A DNA stretch of 64,000 bases from Candidatus Latescibacterota bacterium (GTDB lineage: Bacteria > Latescibacterota > UBA2968 > UBA8231): contig OZ241362.1 in the NCBI GenBank assembly GCA_965200315.1, positions 5,280,001 through 5,344,000 of the forward strand, in the 5' to 3' direction. The position numbers and the translations under genes were made by a program. The notes beneath the pieces were generated by a model that worked only from the letters and a program-made list of their open reading frames with translations, was not told the origin of the DNA and made no database searches. Shown piece by piece: positions 1 through 8,700 of the stretch; within the stretch, counting starts at the first letter, position 1, and the number at the start of each line of letters is the position of its first letter.

Positions 1-1
1 C

Positions 2-1462
2 GACTTCCCTAGGGCCTTTGAACTTGCCGTAAGCGATGGCCGCGACTATACCCAGCAAGGAGAGCCGCGCTATCAGGTCTTAAAACGCGTTGACTTGCAG
101 CCCGAGCCGAGGACGATAATCGACTTTCCAGTGCAGCTAATCCGCTTTATCAGACTGCGCATCCTGTCGCCCAATCCGTTTGAAATAGCGGAAATCCAAG
201 CCTTTGGCACAGGGTTCGTGCCCAAGGGCACTTACAATTCCAAGCTCATTGAATTGCCCACGGCAGCAATTCTCGGCACGCTCTCCATCAAAGCCACCAA
301 GTTGCGTCGCCAAGAGGACGGCGTCCTGCTGTCGACAGCGGCTGCCGCTGCGTCTATGGACCTGACCCTGCGCAACGGCACTGACGAGACCCCTCTGGTC
401 CATTTTGAAATCGTCGATCGCGAAACGGGTTCGGAGCAGCCCACGACCGCAGACGCCTATGCCAAGCTGGCGGAAGACTTTCGCGGTTCCATCCTCGACG
501 ATGCCGAAAACTGGACTTGGAAGAATCCGATCCGCATTGATTCGACCGGGACTTTTACCTATCCCCTCGAACTGCCCGGACCGAGGAAGTATTTTGATTT
601 CCAGCTCTTTTTTCGCGGCACTTCTACCGATCTCGTTCAGATAGAGAGCTTAGCCATTAGCTACTCTCTGCCGCTGGCCGACCGCGCCGTAGGCGAGGTG
701 GCTGTTTTAGCAGACCCATTTCCCCCAAGTGGTATAGTCGCGGTGCCAGCCGGTCGCGATACCCTTTTTACCTATGACATCCGGGCGGAATTTGGTAGCG
801 CCGCGCAGGTTGGGTTCGATGGTTTGCACATTGCGACCCAAACCGAACCGACGTTGCTCAAATTCGAGTTGGGGGAGCCACTCGTCGAGGTAGTGCCCGA
901 CAGCGTCCATGCGGATGCACAGGGGCTGATGCTGTACTTCCCATCGAATCGGGTCACGCCGAGTAACAACCAGCCGCTGCGCGTTACCTTTCGCACGGCT
1001 ATTCTGGTATATGCCACTGATTTGGTGAGCCACCTAATCGACTCTGGGGGGCGTTTGCCCCAGCCGGTCGCTGCCGGCGATGCTAGTCCGAATGTTGGCA
1101 CCAACACCAATCGGGTCTTTTTCTCCAACGCCGCAGGGGGTGGGATTTTATCCGCGATGCAGGTCGTGCCGGCGGTGTGTACGCCCAATGGGGATGGCGT
1201 CAATGAAGAGAGTCGCATTGTTTTCCAAGTCTTGCGTCTGGTGCAGGAGGTCGATTTTTCCATTGGGATCTACGATTTGGCTGGCCGCCGGGTGCGTCAG
1301 CTATTTTTCGACGCCTTGTCCGCCGGGGCCTATGAGCACACTTGGGATGGCCGCGATGCGACCGGTGAGTTGGTGCCTCCGGGGGCTTATATCGCACGCA
1401 TTGCGGCTGAGACCGAATCAGGGGAAGAGGTATTGGCTAGGACGCTCAGTGTGGTCTATTAA
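2..1462 (+). CDS. Exported discoidin-like/FlgD-Ig C-terminal domain protein (5' truncated by window edge)
   Basis: Frame is open from position 2 (DFPRAFELAVSDG...). Carries the family motifs RNGTDETP, GFDGL, TPNGDGVNE, IYDLAGRRVR, WDGRDATGELVPPGAY and terminal VVY, shared with 4 paralogs in the window. Confidence 0.85.
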   Translation, partial: DFPRAFELAVSDGRDYTQQGEPRYQVLKRVDLQPEPRTIIDFPVQLIRFIRLRILSPNPFEIAEIQAFGTGFVPKGTYNSKLIELPTAAILGTLSIKATKLRRQEDGVLLSTAAAAASMDLTLRNGTDETPLVHFEIVDRETGSEQPTTADAYAKLAEDFRGSILDDAENWTWKNPIRIDSTGTFTYPLELPGPRKYFDFQLFFRGTSTDLVQIESLAISYSLPLADRAVGEVAVLADPFPPSGIVAVPAGRDTLFTYDIRAEFGSAAQVGFDGLHIATQTEPTLLKFELGEPLVEVVPDSVHADAQGLMLYFPSNRVTPSNNQPLRVTFRTAILVYATDLVSHLIDSGGRLPQPVAAGDASPNVGTNTNRVFFSNAAGGGILSAMQVVPAVCTPNGDGVNEESRIVFQVLRLVQEVDFSIGIYDLAGRRVRQLFFDALSAGAYEHTWDGRDATGELVPPGAYIARIAAETESGEEVLARTLSVVY

Positions 1463-1555
1463 ATGCAACTCCCCTCACCGGCTAATGTGCCCTGTGTCCG
1501 CCGATGAATATATAGTAACACCTTTCCAAAGGAGCCGCGTTACGCGAGGGATTCT

Positions 1556-1693
1556 TTGACGTGTGGACTATTGGTCAATCTGACCAACGGCTTAGGTGGA
1601 TTCTCTCCTGCTTGGCAACCGGTATCCTCTTCTGAGACGGCTAAGAGCGTCGAAGCCCAGTCGTGGGGACGGATCAAATCGCCATCCCATTAA
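1556..1693 (+). pseudogene. 3' remnant of a TolB/PD40-like protein with SWGRIK tail
   Basis: Translates LTCGLLVNLTNGLGGFSPAWQPVSSSETAKSVEAQSWGRIKSPSH*. NLTN..SPAWxP resembles a PD40 repeat, and the tail matches TAVEDVSWGRIKS of 34857..35786. An in-frame stop at 1505-1507 limits the frame upstream. Confidence 0.6.
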
Positions 1694-1735
1694 TCGCGTC
1701 TCGTCCGTAGGGGCGGTGCAGAGCGCAAGCTGTCC

Positions 1736-1811
1736 CTACGCACCCTTCTGCAAATCCCACTTTATCGTCCGCAAGCGCAAAATCCAAGAGTAATCGCTAT
1801 CCAAATGCGCG
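1736..1811 (-). repeat. Decayed duplicate of the 3' end of the pcfJ-like gene (2504..2582)
   Basis: 1743-1785 aligns to 2511-2556 at 39 of 46 columns by hand. The minus strand reads QKGA-TAG here versus QKGT-TGA in the intact gene. Confidence 0.75.
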
Positions 1812-1987
1812 ATGCCCGACACTTCGAGCTGTAGCGCAATCGCAACACGGCTGTTTATCCCACACTACACCGCGTCGCCGAACAAAGAGCCATCGTTCAG
1901 AGTGCGGGATGATTTAAGTCGATTGGTCTGCATTTTGCATAGGACATATAGCCGATTATCTTTAACCCGATACCAAAGGATACTCAC

Positions 1988-2497
1988 ATGTCCACACCAC
2001 AACCCTCTGCCGAGCTGACTACCCGCGATGTTTTGCAGCAGATTGACCATCGCCTAAGTCTCATCGAGACGGATGTGCGCGAAAACAGTACCAAACTCGA
2101 GTCTAAGATCGACGATCTTGAAGCCAAGACCGAGTCTAAGATTGACGATCTTAAGGCTGAAATCGACGATCTTAAGGTCAAACTCGAGTCTAAGATTGAC
2201 AATCTTGAAGCCAAGACCGAGTCTAAGATTGACGATCTTGAAGCCAAGACCGAGTCTAAAATTGACGATCTTAAGGTCAAACTCGAGTCTAAGATTGACA
2301 ATCTTGAAGCCAAGACCGAGTCTAAGATTGACAATCTTGAAGCCAAAGTTGAAGGCAAACTCGACGGTCTCGATAACAAAATTGAAATCGCAACACGCGA
2401 AATACGCCGCGACTTCAACGGCAAATTTAACTTGGTTATCGGCTTGGTTATCACCACTTGGCTGTCGATGATGGGTACACTGTTCTTCAAATTGTAA
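1988..2497 (+). CDS. Bdr/DUF1640-like coiled-coil repeat protein with C-terminal TM anchor
   Basis: 11-aa repeats K(L/T)ESKID(D/N)LEA, hydrophobic C-terminus LVIGLVITTWLSMMGTLFF, and AAGGA RBS upstream. Confidence 0.85.
   Translation: MSTPQPSAELTTRDVLQQIDHRLSLIETDVRENSTKLESKIDDLEAKTESKIDDLKAEIDDLKVKLESKIDNLEAKTESKIDDLEAKTESKIDDLKVKLESKIDNLEAKTESKIDNLEAKVEGKLDGLDNKIEIATREIRRDFNGKFNLVIGLVITTWLSMMGTLFFKL
2093..2344 (+). repeat. Intragenic 33-bp tandem repeat (7 full units plus one 21-bp unit)
   Basis: Unit is approximately CGAGTCTAAGATTGAC(G/A)ATCTTGAAGCCAAGAC; 252 bp = 84 aa. Confidence 0.95.
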
Positions 2498-2503
2498 ATG
2501 TGC

Positions 2504-4060
2504 TCACGTGCCCTTCTGCACTAACCCCACCTTATCGCTCCACAAGCCCAAAATCCGTGCCGACTCGCGCAACAAATGCACGTATAGGGAACCAGCACGG
2601 CGTCTCTTTTCGAGCCGTTCCCGCTGATTGAGCACCATGTTGAACTTGCCGCGGGCTTGGGTGACGGCCCGTTGGCGGTTGGCGACAGCGACGGTGAGAA
2701 CGCGCTTTTCGAGGGCCTCTTCGGAGTCGGCGTTGAGCGCCCGCAGCGACCAGATCGAGGTGTCGCCCGCAAGGCACTGGTCGGTGTAAGAAAAGACGCA
2801 ATGGCCCATGATGCGGCCCTCGGCTTGGAGCTGCTGCGAGGTGCAGAGCTCGTAGATGGTCCAGACGAGGTTGCACTTGAGCGGCGCGTCGTATTCTTCG
2901 AGACGGAAATCAGCCAAACCCGTAGCCGCCCACGTCTTGAGCGGCACGTCTTCTGCTCCCGACAACGTCTCGTGCCATTGATCCACTTGGTGGAGTAGCT
3001 TGGCGGCGCTGCGGCCTTTCATGCAGAAGTTGGGCTGCGGCGGCGGTCCTGTGATTTGGGTGCTGTCGGGCTGTGTGATCTGCTGTGGCAGGTACTTCTG
3101 GTGACGGATGTAGTCGTAGAGCGGCAGGAAGTAGCTGCGGTGCAGCATGGGGTAGTTGTTGACGTAGAAGTGGACGACCGAAATCCAGAAGTCCTCGTTT
3201 TCCAATGAGTCGCCCAGCGGCGTGGCGGCTACGTACCAAGAGACGTGGGAATCGCCGCCGAGTGCCTCCACTTGGGCCATGCGCAACGCCTGAAGCAGGG
3301 TATGGTGTGGATGGTGCATCTGCATGAAGATATGCGCCATGCGCTTGGTGACCTTCATCGGCACACCTGCGGTACGCAGGTTTTGACCGCCGGCTACGTG
3401 CTTGAACCACTCCTGCTGTTGATAGGCTGCCTCCGTGTGCCCTTGGAGCCAAGCGGTGTCCATGGGCGCGGGGACTGTGTAGTGAGCCAGCAGGTGCCGC
3501 GCCAGCGATTGGAATTGCGGCCGCTCTTTGGCCGTGTCGGGCCGCCACTCCTCCACTGGACGCAGCCAGTCGCGGTGGTGTCGGGCAAGCTGCCCCAAGG
3601 CGGCGATATAGGTGTTGGCATGGTTGGCACCGAGGCGCTTGAGCACGGGCATGGGCCGCAACAAGTGGCCGTATTTTTCGACGTGCAGCACTAACCCCCC
3701 GAGAGCCCTTTGGGCGCTTGGATCGCTGGCCAGCGCACTGCGTTCGACGCGCAGCCGCGAGAGCAGGTCGTTGAGCTTTTCGTCTTCTAGCTCGCCGTTG
3801 AACAGCCGGTTGATCAGAGCGGCGCGGCGCGGGTCGTGCTCTTTGCTAACGGCTGGATCTATTGAGGGCTGCAACGAGGCAAAAAGCGCCCGCTCTGCGG
3901 CTCGCTCTTGTGGCGTCTTGTCCAGCGCTGTGCTCAGGCCGTGCCGGTAGCACCAGAGCTTGTAGGCGGCGATTGTGCCGACGCCGAGTGCGGCAAAGTG
4001 CGCGGCGAGGGCTTCGCCAACTTGGTTGGGGAACAGCAGGGTGTGTGTGGCGTTGGTCAT
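2504..4060 (-). CDS. PcfJ-like domain protein
   Basis: C-terminal ELCTSQQLQAEGRIMGHCVFSYTDQCLAGDTSIWSLR...QARGKFN matches the PcfJ-type EGxxMxHCV motif. Confidence 0.8.
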   Translation of the reverse strand: MTNATHTLLFPNQVGEALAAHFAALGVGTIAAYKLWCYRHGLSTALDKTPQERAAERALFASLQPSIDPAVSKEHDPRRAALINRLFNGELEDEKLNDLLSRLRVERSALASDPSAQRALGGLVLHVEKYGHLLRPMPVLKRLGANHANTYIAALGQLARHHRDWLRPVEEWRPDTAKERPQFQSLARHLLAHYTVPAPMDTAWLQGHTEAAYQQQEWFKHVAGGQNLRTAGVPMKVTKRMAHIFMQMHHPHHTLLQALRMAQVEALGGDSHVSWYVAATPLGDSLENEDFWISVVHFYVNNYPMLHRSYFLPLYDYIRHQKYLPQQITQPDSTQITGPPPQPNFCMKGRSAAKLLHQVDQWHETLSGAEDVPLKTWAATGLADFRLEEYDAPLKCNLVWTIYELCTSQQLQAEGRIMGHCVFSYTDQCLAGDTSIWSLRALNADSEEALEKRVLTVAVANRQRAVTQARGKFNMVLNQRERLEKRRRAGSLYVHLLRESARILGLWSDKVGLVQKGT

Positions 4061-4297
4061 GTCGTATTATCGCTATCTGTGTCGGCTATGAGGCAAATTT
4101 CAATTTTAGGGCAGAAGATCAACAATGCCAAGCGGTTCCTCTCGACCGCGGAGGGTTTATAACGCCGTTGTTCTGCTGTATATTCTGTCGCCTACATCTC
4201 AACATATAAGCCACTCACTTGCTGACTCACTTCGACCAAAGGGCTAGACAAGCAACCCTATCTAACATACGGGGATTGCAACCCAGAGTTTGGACGA

Positions 4298-6304
4298 ATG
4301 AAAATTACTTTTATTGCCGTTGCGGTGGTGTTGTTGAGCGGCATTGAGTCGCTACGGGCCGAGATCCACACCTTGGTCCTCGGACCGGGCGGGGTCCCAT
4401 GGAATGAACTAGGTGAGCGCGTCGTCGGCTTGGAGACAGTTCCGGTCAGTGGTGCCCTACAGCCCCTCGAACTCTTGCCGCAGCAGAATATCATCGCAGG
4501 CCCCCGCACGGACAGCGGTGAATACACCACGATTTTGGGCAGCACTTGGCAGCTAGGGAAGCAACCCAAAAGGGACGATTTTGAACTGGGGGTGACGCCT
4601 CGTTTCTGGACCAGTATTCTGCCTCTCTACCACACGGCACCCTTTCAGGTCATCGACGGAGATCGCGCTACGGTGACCAAGCTGCGCTGGTCTGTAGTGG
4701 GTGGGGGTCGCCGGGAAGATATATACACGTTTGACTTTGCGTTCCCCATTCCCATAAACCGCGTAGTACTCTATCCGCCAGCTACCGGACTGGACGAAGG
4801 CGGAGGCTTGAGAAAGCAGCGCTTCCCCCGGGCCTATGAAATATCGGGTGCCAGAGAACCGGTAGATTTTCTCCTGCTCAGCGAAGAAGACAGGCCTCAC
4901 ACCCTAGAGCAGGTACTGTCCCGCACCTTTGTCAACTCTGACCGCGTTATAGATGTCCGCTTCCCCGCGCAGACTCTGCGTTTTTTGCGCATTGCCTTCA
5001 ATCTGATCGCACAGGTGTACATGCTGAGCGAGATTGAGGTGTACGGCGAGGGTTTTGCGCCGGAGACTAGTTATCGCACAGCGGTTATCGACTTGGGGGC
5101 GCCGGTGAATTTCGGGCGCATTTTTTGGGAGTTTGAAAAGTTCCGCAAAACCTCGAGCGCACTCATTCCGGCCCCGGAGGCGCCGATCCGCTTGGTGTTG
5201 GAAACGCGCACTGGCCGGGACGATACCCCGAAGGCGTACTACATCATCAGCGACATAGGTACGGAACGGCAAGTAGAGGAAGCGGTTTACAATAAGGCGC
5301 TGGAGAAATCGCCCTTTGTCCAGGGCGATCGTCCCGGTGATAAATCGTCGATCAAGCTCGACGAGCAAAACTGGAGTTTCTGGTCAACGCCCTATGACCT
5401 TTCTGGCCAGTTACTCCGCTCGCCGGATGCACGGCGTTATATGCAGCTTCAGTTCAATATGGTAGCCGAGGATTTTCACACTTTCGGTCGTGTGAAATCC
5501 GTGGCGATTGAGTACTCGCCGCTCCTTGTGGAATCCCTCGTTGGCGAGGTAGGTTTGGCTGGGAGAGGAGACCGGGTGCCCGAAGCGCCGGCAGGTCAGG
5601 AGACAACATTTATCTACGCCGTCTCGGCTAGTTTTGGCACCGACGGTCAGCTAGGCTTTGATGCGATTAAACTCAATACTGTAGCTGAGGCTGAGTTCGC
5701 CAAGCTGGAGATTGGACAGCCGCTAGCGGCTGTAGTCCCCGACAGCGTCCGTTTCGCCGATGGGGTTTTAGCCGTGTATTTTCCCTCGCATAAAGTAGTG
5801 CGCGCCGATGGCGAGGAGCATCTGCGGCTGACCTTTCGCACGTCCTTGTTGGATTTTACTACCCACTTCCTCGGCGAGGTGTTGGAATTGACGGGAGAAA
5901 ACCTGCCCCAGTCGATTGAGCCTGGCGACGCGAGTGCGGAGCTCCATAGCGACGACGTCCGAGTCTTCGCCACGGGGACCTCCATAGAAGCGCTGTCCGA
6001 GATTGTGTTGGATTCGCCGTTCCTGACGCCCAACGGCGACCGCATCAACGACGAACTCGACATCGCGTTCACGTTACTCGGCGCGGAAGATACCGCCACT
6101 GAGATCGGAGTCTATACTCTTACAGGCCAGCGGGTCAGGGCCTTGGTACGCGGGAAATTCAACAAGGGTTTTTACACTAATCAATGGGATGGGCGCGACG
6201 ACCAAGGGACGCTGGTCCCTCCCGGCATCTACCTTTTGCACATAAAGGTAGATGCCGACAAGGAAACATCAGAACAATTTCGTTCGGTGTCGGTAGCATA
6301 TTGA
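4298..6304 (+). CDS. Exported FlgD-Ig C-terminal domain protein (paralog type A)
   Basis: Signal peptide, TRTGRDDTP, NWSFWS, TPNGDRINDE, WDGRDDQGTLVPPGIY, terminal VAY. Confidence 0.88.
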   Translation: MKITFIAVAVVLLSGIESLRAEIHTLVLGPGGVPWNELGERVVGLETVPVSGALQPLELLPQQNIIAGPRTDSGEYTTILGSTWQLGKQPKRDDFELGVTPRFWTSILPLYHTAPFQVIDGDRATVTKLRWSVVGGGRREDIYTFDFAFPIPINRVVLYPPATGLDEGGGLRKQRFPRAYEISGAREPVDFLLLSEEDRPHTLEQVLSRTFVNSDRVIDVRFPAQTLRFLRIAFNLIAQVYMLSEIEVYGEGFAPETSYRTAVIDLGAPVNFGRIFWEFEKFRKTSSALIPAPEAPIRLVLETRTGRDDTPKAYYIISDIGTERQVEEAVYNKALEKSPFVQGDRPGDKSSIKLDEQNWSFWSTPYDLSGQLLRSPDARRYMQLQFNMVAEDFHTFGRVKSVAIEYSPLLVESLVGEVGLAGRGDRVPEAPAGQETTFIYAVSASFGTDGQLGFDAIKLNTVAEAEFAKLEIGQPLAAVVPDSVRFADGVLAVYFPSHKVVRADGEEHLRLTFRTSLLDFTTHFLGEVLELTGENLPQSIEPGDASAELHSDDVRVFATGTSIEALSEIVLDSPFLTPNGDRINDELDIAFTLLGAEDTATEIGVYTLTGQRVRALVRGKFNKGFYTNQWDGRDDQGTLVPPGIYLLHIKVDADKETSEQFRSVSVAY

Positions 6305-6319
6305 GCATCCGAGGATAGC

Positions 6320-8647
6320 ATGTTGCAACGGGCATATTTGCTGACGCTGTTGGCGCTTTTACCCAGCGGGGAAACAGATGCCGGGACGCTGCTTATAAAC
6401 AGCCAAGACCAGTGGCGGCAATGGACTTTTCCACAAGGGGTGCTATCGCTAGCGGAAGATGGCAGCGTGGGACTGAGACATTTCCGACGCGATATAGATG
6501 CCGTCGCCGACGCGGCCGAATTCTTTCACCCAAATGCCAAGGGGAAAGAGGTACAGGGAGGAATCCGAGGTGCGGGCACCCACATCGACCAAGCGGCCCA
6601 TATTCTCGATGGCGCGGCTACTACTTGGTGGCAACCCAGCCAAGCGGCTCCGCTCGACGATTGGTGGGTCGAGATCGATTTAGGCCGCCTCGTCCAGGCT
6701 AAAAAGCTCCGGCTGACCTTTCCCGATATCGAGGGTGCGCGGCCGCTGCGCGAGTTTTCCGTTTTCGTCGCCGAGGGAACGCCTTTTCTCACCGGCCAAG
6801 ACGTTTTCCGCTACGACCGGGTGGGCGGCACGACCCAGCCCAGCCGGGAGACGGTGATAGAGTACGACCTTGGGACGCCGGAGTTGGGCAACGCTACTGG
6901 CGAGTATTTGGCGACTAGCGATACCCTAGAGTATATGTCCATTCAGTACGTGCGCGTCGTTGCTCACGCCAAGAGTCTGGATGCGGCACTGGCTGCGGTC
7001 GATGTCGAGGCCATAGGCGACAACATTGCCCCGGGGACTATCGAGCGGGGAGGCGTCATTCGGACTGGTCGCGACCCGCGCACTATCGCCAATATCATGG
7101 ATGGAACCGCAGCCACGTGGTGGTCCCTGACCTCGCGGGGCGACCTCGATTGGCGCGATAAAGGCGATTGGTTTGAGTGGGATCTGGGAGCCACCTTCTG
7201 GATTGATCAACTAACTATGGTGGAGCCGCCGCCGGGATTTGCCACACTGGGGGTGAATTCGTACCGGAATCAGTCCAGTTTTGAACTATTGACCTCGGAC
7301 GGCACGCCGATTCCCACCCAAGGGGGAGAGCGGCTTCAGAGTCCCGTTGATTACCAGTTGCTCAGCTTCGTCGATAACGAAACGCTGAGTAGCGCGGGCA
7401 TGAGAAACCGCAATTTTGATTTCCGCTTTCCCGCTCGCAAGGTGCGCTATCTGTTCTATCACCACGAATCTCCGGTCAATAGGTCCACCGTTTTCCATTT
7501 ATTCGAGATTTTCCTCTACGGCGCCGGTCATCCGGCCGAGGTGGTGATGACCGCGAATTTTATCGATCTGGAAGGAGCCAAAAGCCTGCGCCGGATGCGC
7601 TGGGAGGCGGAGACAACGGCCGAGACGCGCATAGAAATTCGTACGCGCACCGGTAATACGCTGGACGAAGAGATATTCTATTACGACAAAAATGGTCGCG
7701 AAGTTCCCAAAGGACGTTGGGACAAACTGCCGGCCAGCCAGAAATTGCCCGAAGTAAAAGTGGCGAAAGCCGGTGCCGACTGGAGTGCGTGGAGCTCGGC
7801 CTACAAGGAGTCAGGGGAAGTCTTCCGCTCGCCCACGCCGAGGAAGTTCGTCCAAATGGAGGTGCGTCTGCAGACCGAAGACCCCCAAGTGGCACCGACG
7901 CTGCGCGAGATTGCCCTCGATTTCGACGATCCGCTCATCGGCGGCGGGGTTTTCGCCCGCGTTTCTCCACGCGAAGTGGTCCTCGATTCGCTGACGGTTT
8001 TTACCTTCCGCCTTGGGGGTCGCACTAGACCGACTGATCGGGGTTTCAACCGCCTCGTGTTCGATTTGCCGAACTCCCTCGAAGGTGACGTGCAACTGCG
8101 GATAGGGGATCGCCGCGTTGAACCCTTGCAGGTGGAGTCCAGCGGCGATTCGGTCGTGATCGACTTACCCGAACAGGTCCGCGGGGACAGCATTGAAGTC
8201 AACTTGCCGTTGCGCCTGTTGGCCGATGCGGTTGCTTTCGACGCTTGGGTAAGCTCTACGACGCAGCCCGATGTTCGCCAAGGGATTCAGCCAGAAGCCC
8301 TAGGAGTTTTGACGGTGTTCGTACCCGAGATTGCCCAAGAGGAGCACCTCATCCGCGCATTGGAGGTGTCCTCGGCGATGGTCACACCCAACGGCGACGG
8401 CATCAACGACGGGCTGAAGCTACGCCTGTTAGTGGTAAAAACCACCGCCCAACCCGAGGTCGCCATTTACGATTTGAGTGGCTCATTAGTCGTTAGCACC
8501 GAACAGGTGGATCAAGCGCACTATGTGTGGAATGGTCGGGATGAGAGCGGTCTATTGTTGCCCCCCGGTATCTACATTCTGGACGCCAAGGTAGCGACCG
8601 ACACTGCAACGGAGCGGCGACAGCGTATCATCCATCTGGTCTATTAG
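6320..8647 (+). CDS. Exported tandem discoidin-like/FlgD-Ig protein (paralog type B)
   Basis: Signal peptide; two DGxxxTWW...(I/W)DLG discoidin-like units; TRTGN, WSAWS, TPNGDGIND, WNGRDESGLLLPPGIY; terminal LVY. Confidence 0.88.
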   Translation: MLQRAYLLTLLALLPSGETDAGTLLINSQDQWRQWTFPQGVLSLAEDGSVGLRHFRRDIDAVADAAEFFHPNAKGKEVQGGIRGAGTHIDQAAHILDGAATTWWQPSQAAPLDDWWVEIDLGRLVQAKKLRLTFPDIEGARPLREFSVFVAEGTPFLTGQDVFRYDRVGGTTQPSRETVIEYDLGTPELGNATGEYLATSDTLEYMSIQYVRVVAHAKSLDAALAAVDVEAIGDNIAPGTIERGGVIRTGRDPRTIANIMDGTAATWWSLTSRGDLDWRDKGDWFEWDLGATFWIDQLTMVEPPPGFATLGVNSYRNQSSFELLTSDGTPIPTQGGERLQSPVDYQLLSFVDNETLSSAGMRNRNFDFRFPARKVRYLFYHHESPVNRSTVFHLFEIFLYGAGHPAEVVMTANFIDLEGAKSLRRMRWEAETTAETRIEIRTRTGNTLDEEIFYYDKNGREVPKGRWDKLPASQKLPEVKVAKAGADWSAWSSAYKESGEVFRSPTPRKFVQMEVRLQTEDPQVAPTLREIALDFDDPLIGGGVFARVSPREVVLDSLTVFTFRLGGRTRPTDRGFNRLVFDLPNSLEGDVQLRIGDRRVEPLQVESSGDSVVIDLPEQVRGDSIEVNLPLRLLADAVAFDAWVSSTTQPDVRQGIQPEALGVLTVFVPEIAQEEHLIRALEVSSAMVTPNGDGINDGLKLRLLVVKTTAQPEVAIYDLSGSLVVSTEQVDQAHYVWNGRDESGLLLPPGIYILDAKVATDTATERRQRIIHLVY

Positions 8648-8700
8648 TCGGGCCGGGCGTCGCCTATGCAAAGCTGCTATCGATACGGGAAACCAGCGCG

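Noticed and set aside
1706-1740. CGTAGGGGCGG...CTGTCCCTACG hairpin as a GTAG-type REP element
   Set aside because: Single imperfect copy, no RAYT transposase nearby, and its right arm overlaps the decayed pcfJ stop codon.
2093-2344. 33-bp repeats here and at 51097-51261 as CRISPR arrays
   Set aside because: The units are contiguous with no unique spacers, keep the reading frame inside a CDS, and no cas genes are present.
1984-2490. Antisense and alternate-frame ORFs over the repeat genes (1984..2490, 2073..2471, 51015..51257)
   Set aside because: These are a by-product of stop-free tandem repeats. The + frame has the RBS and TM anchor.
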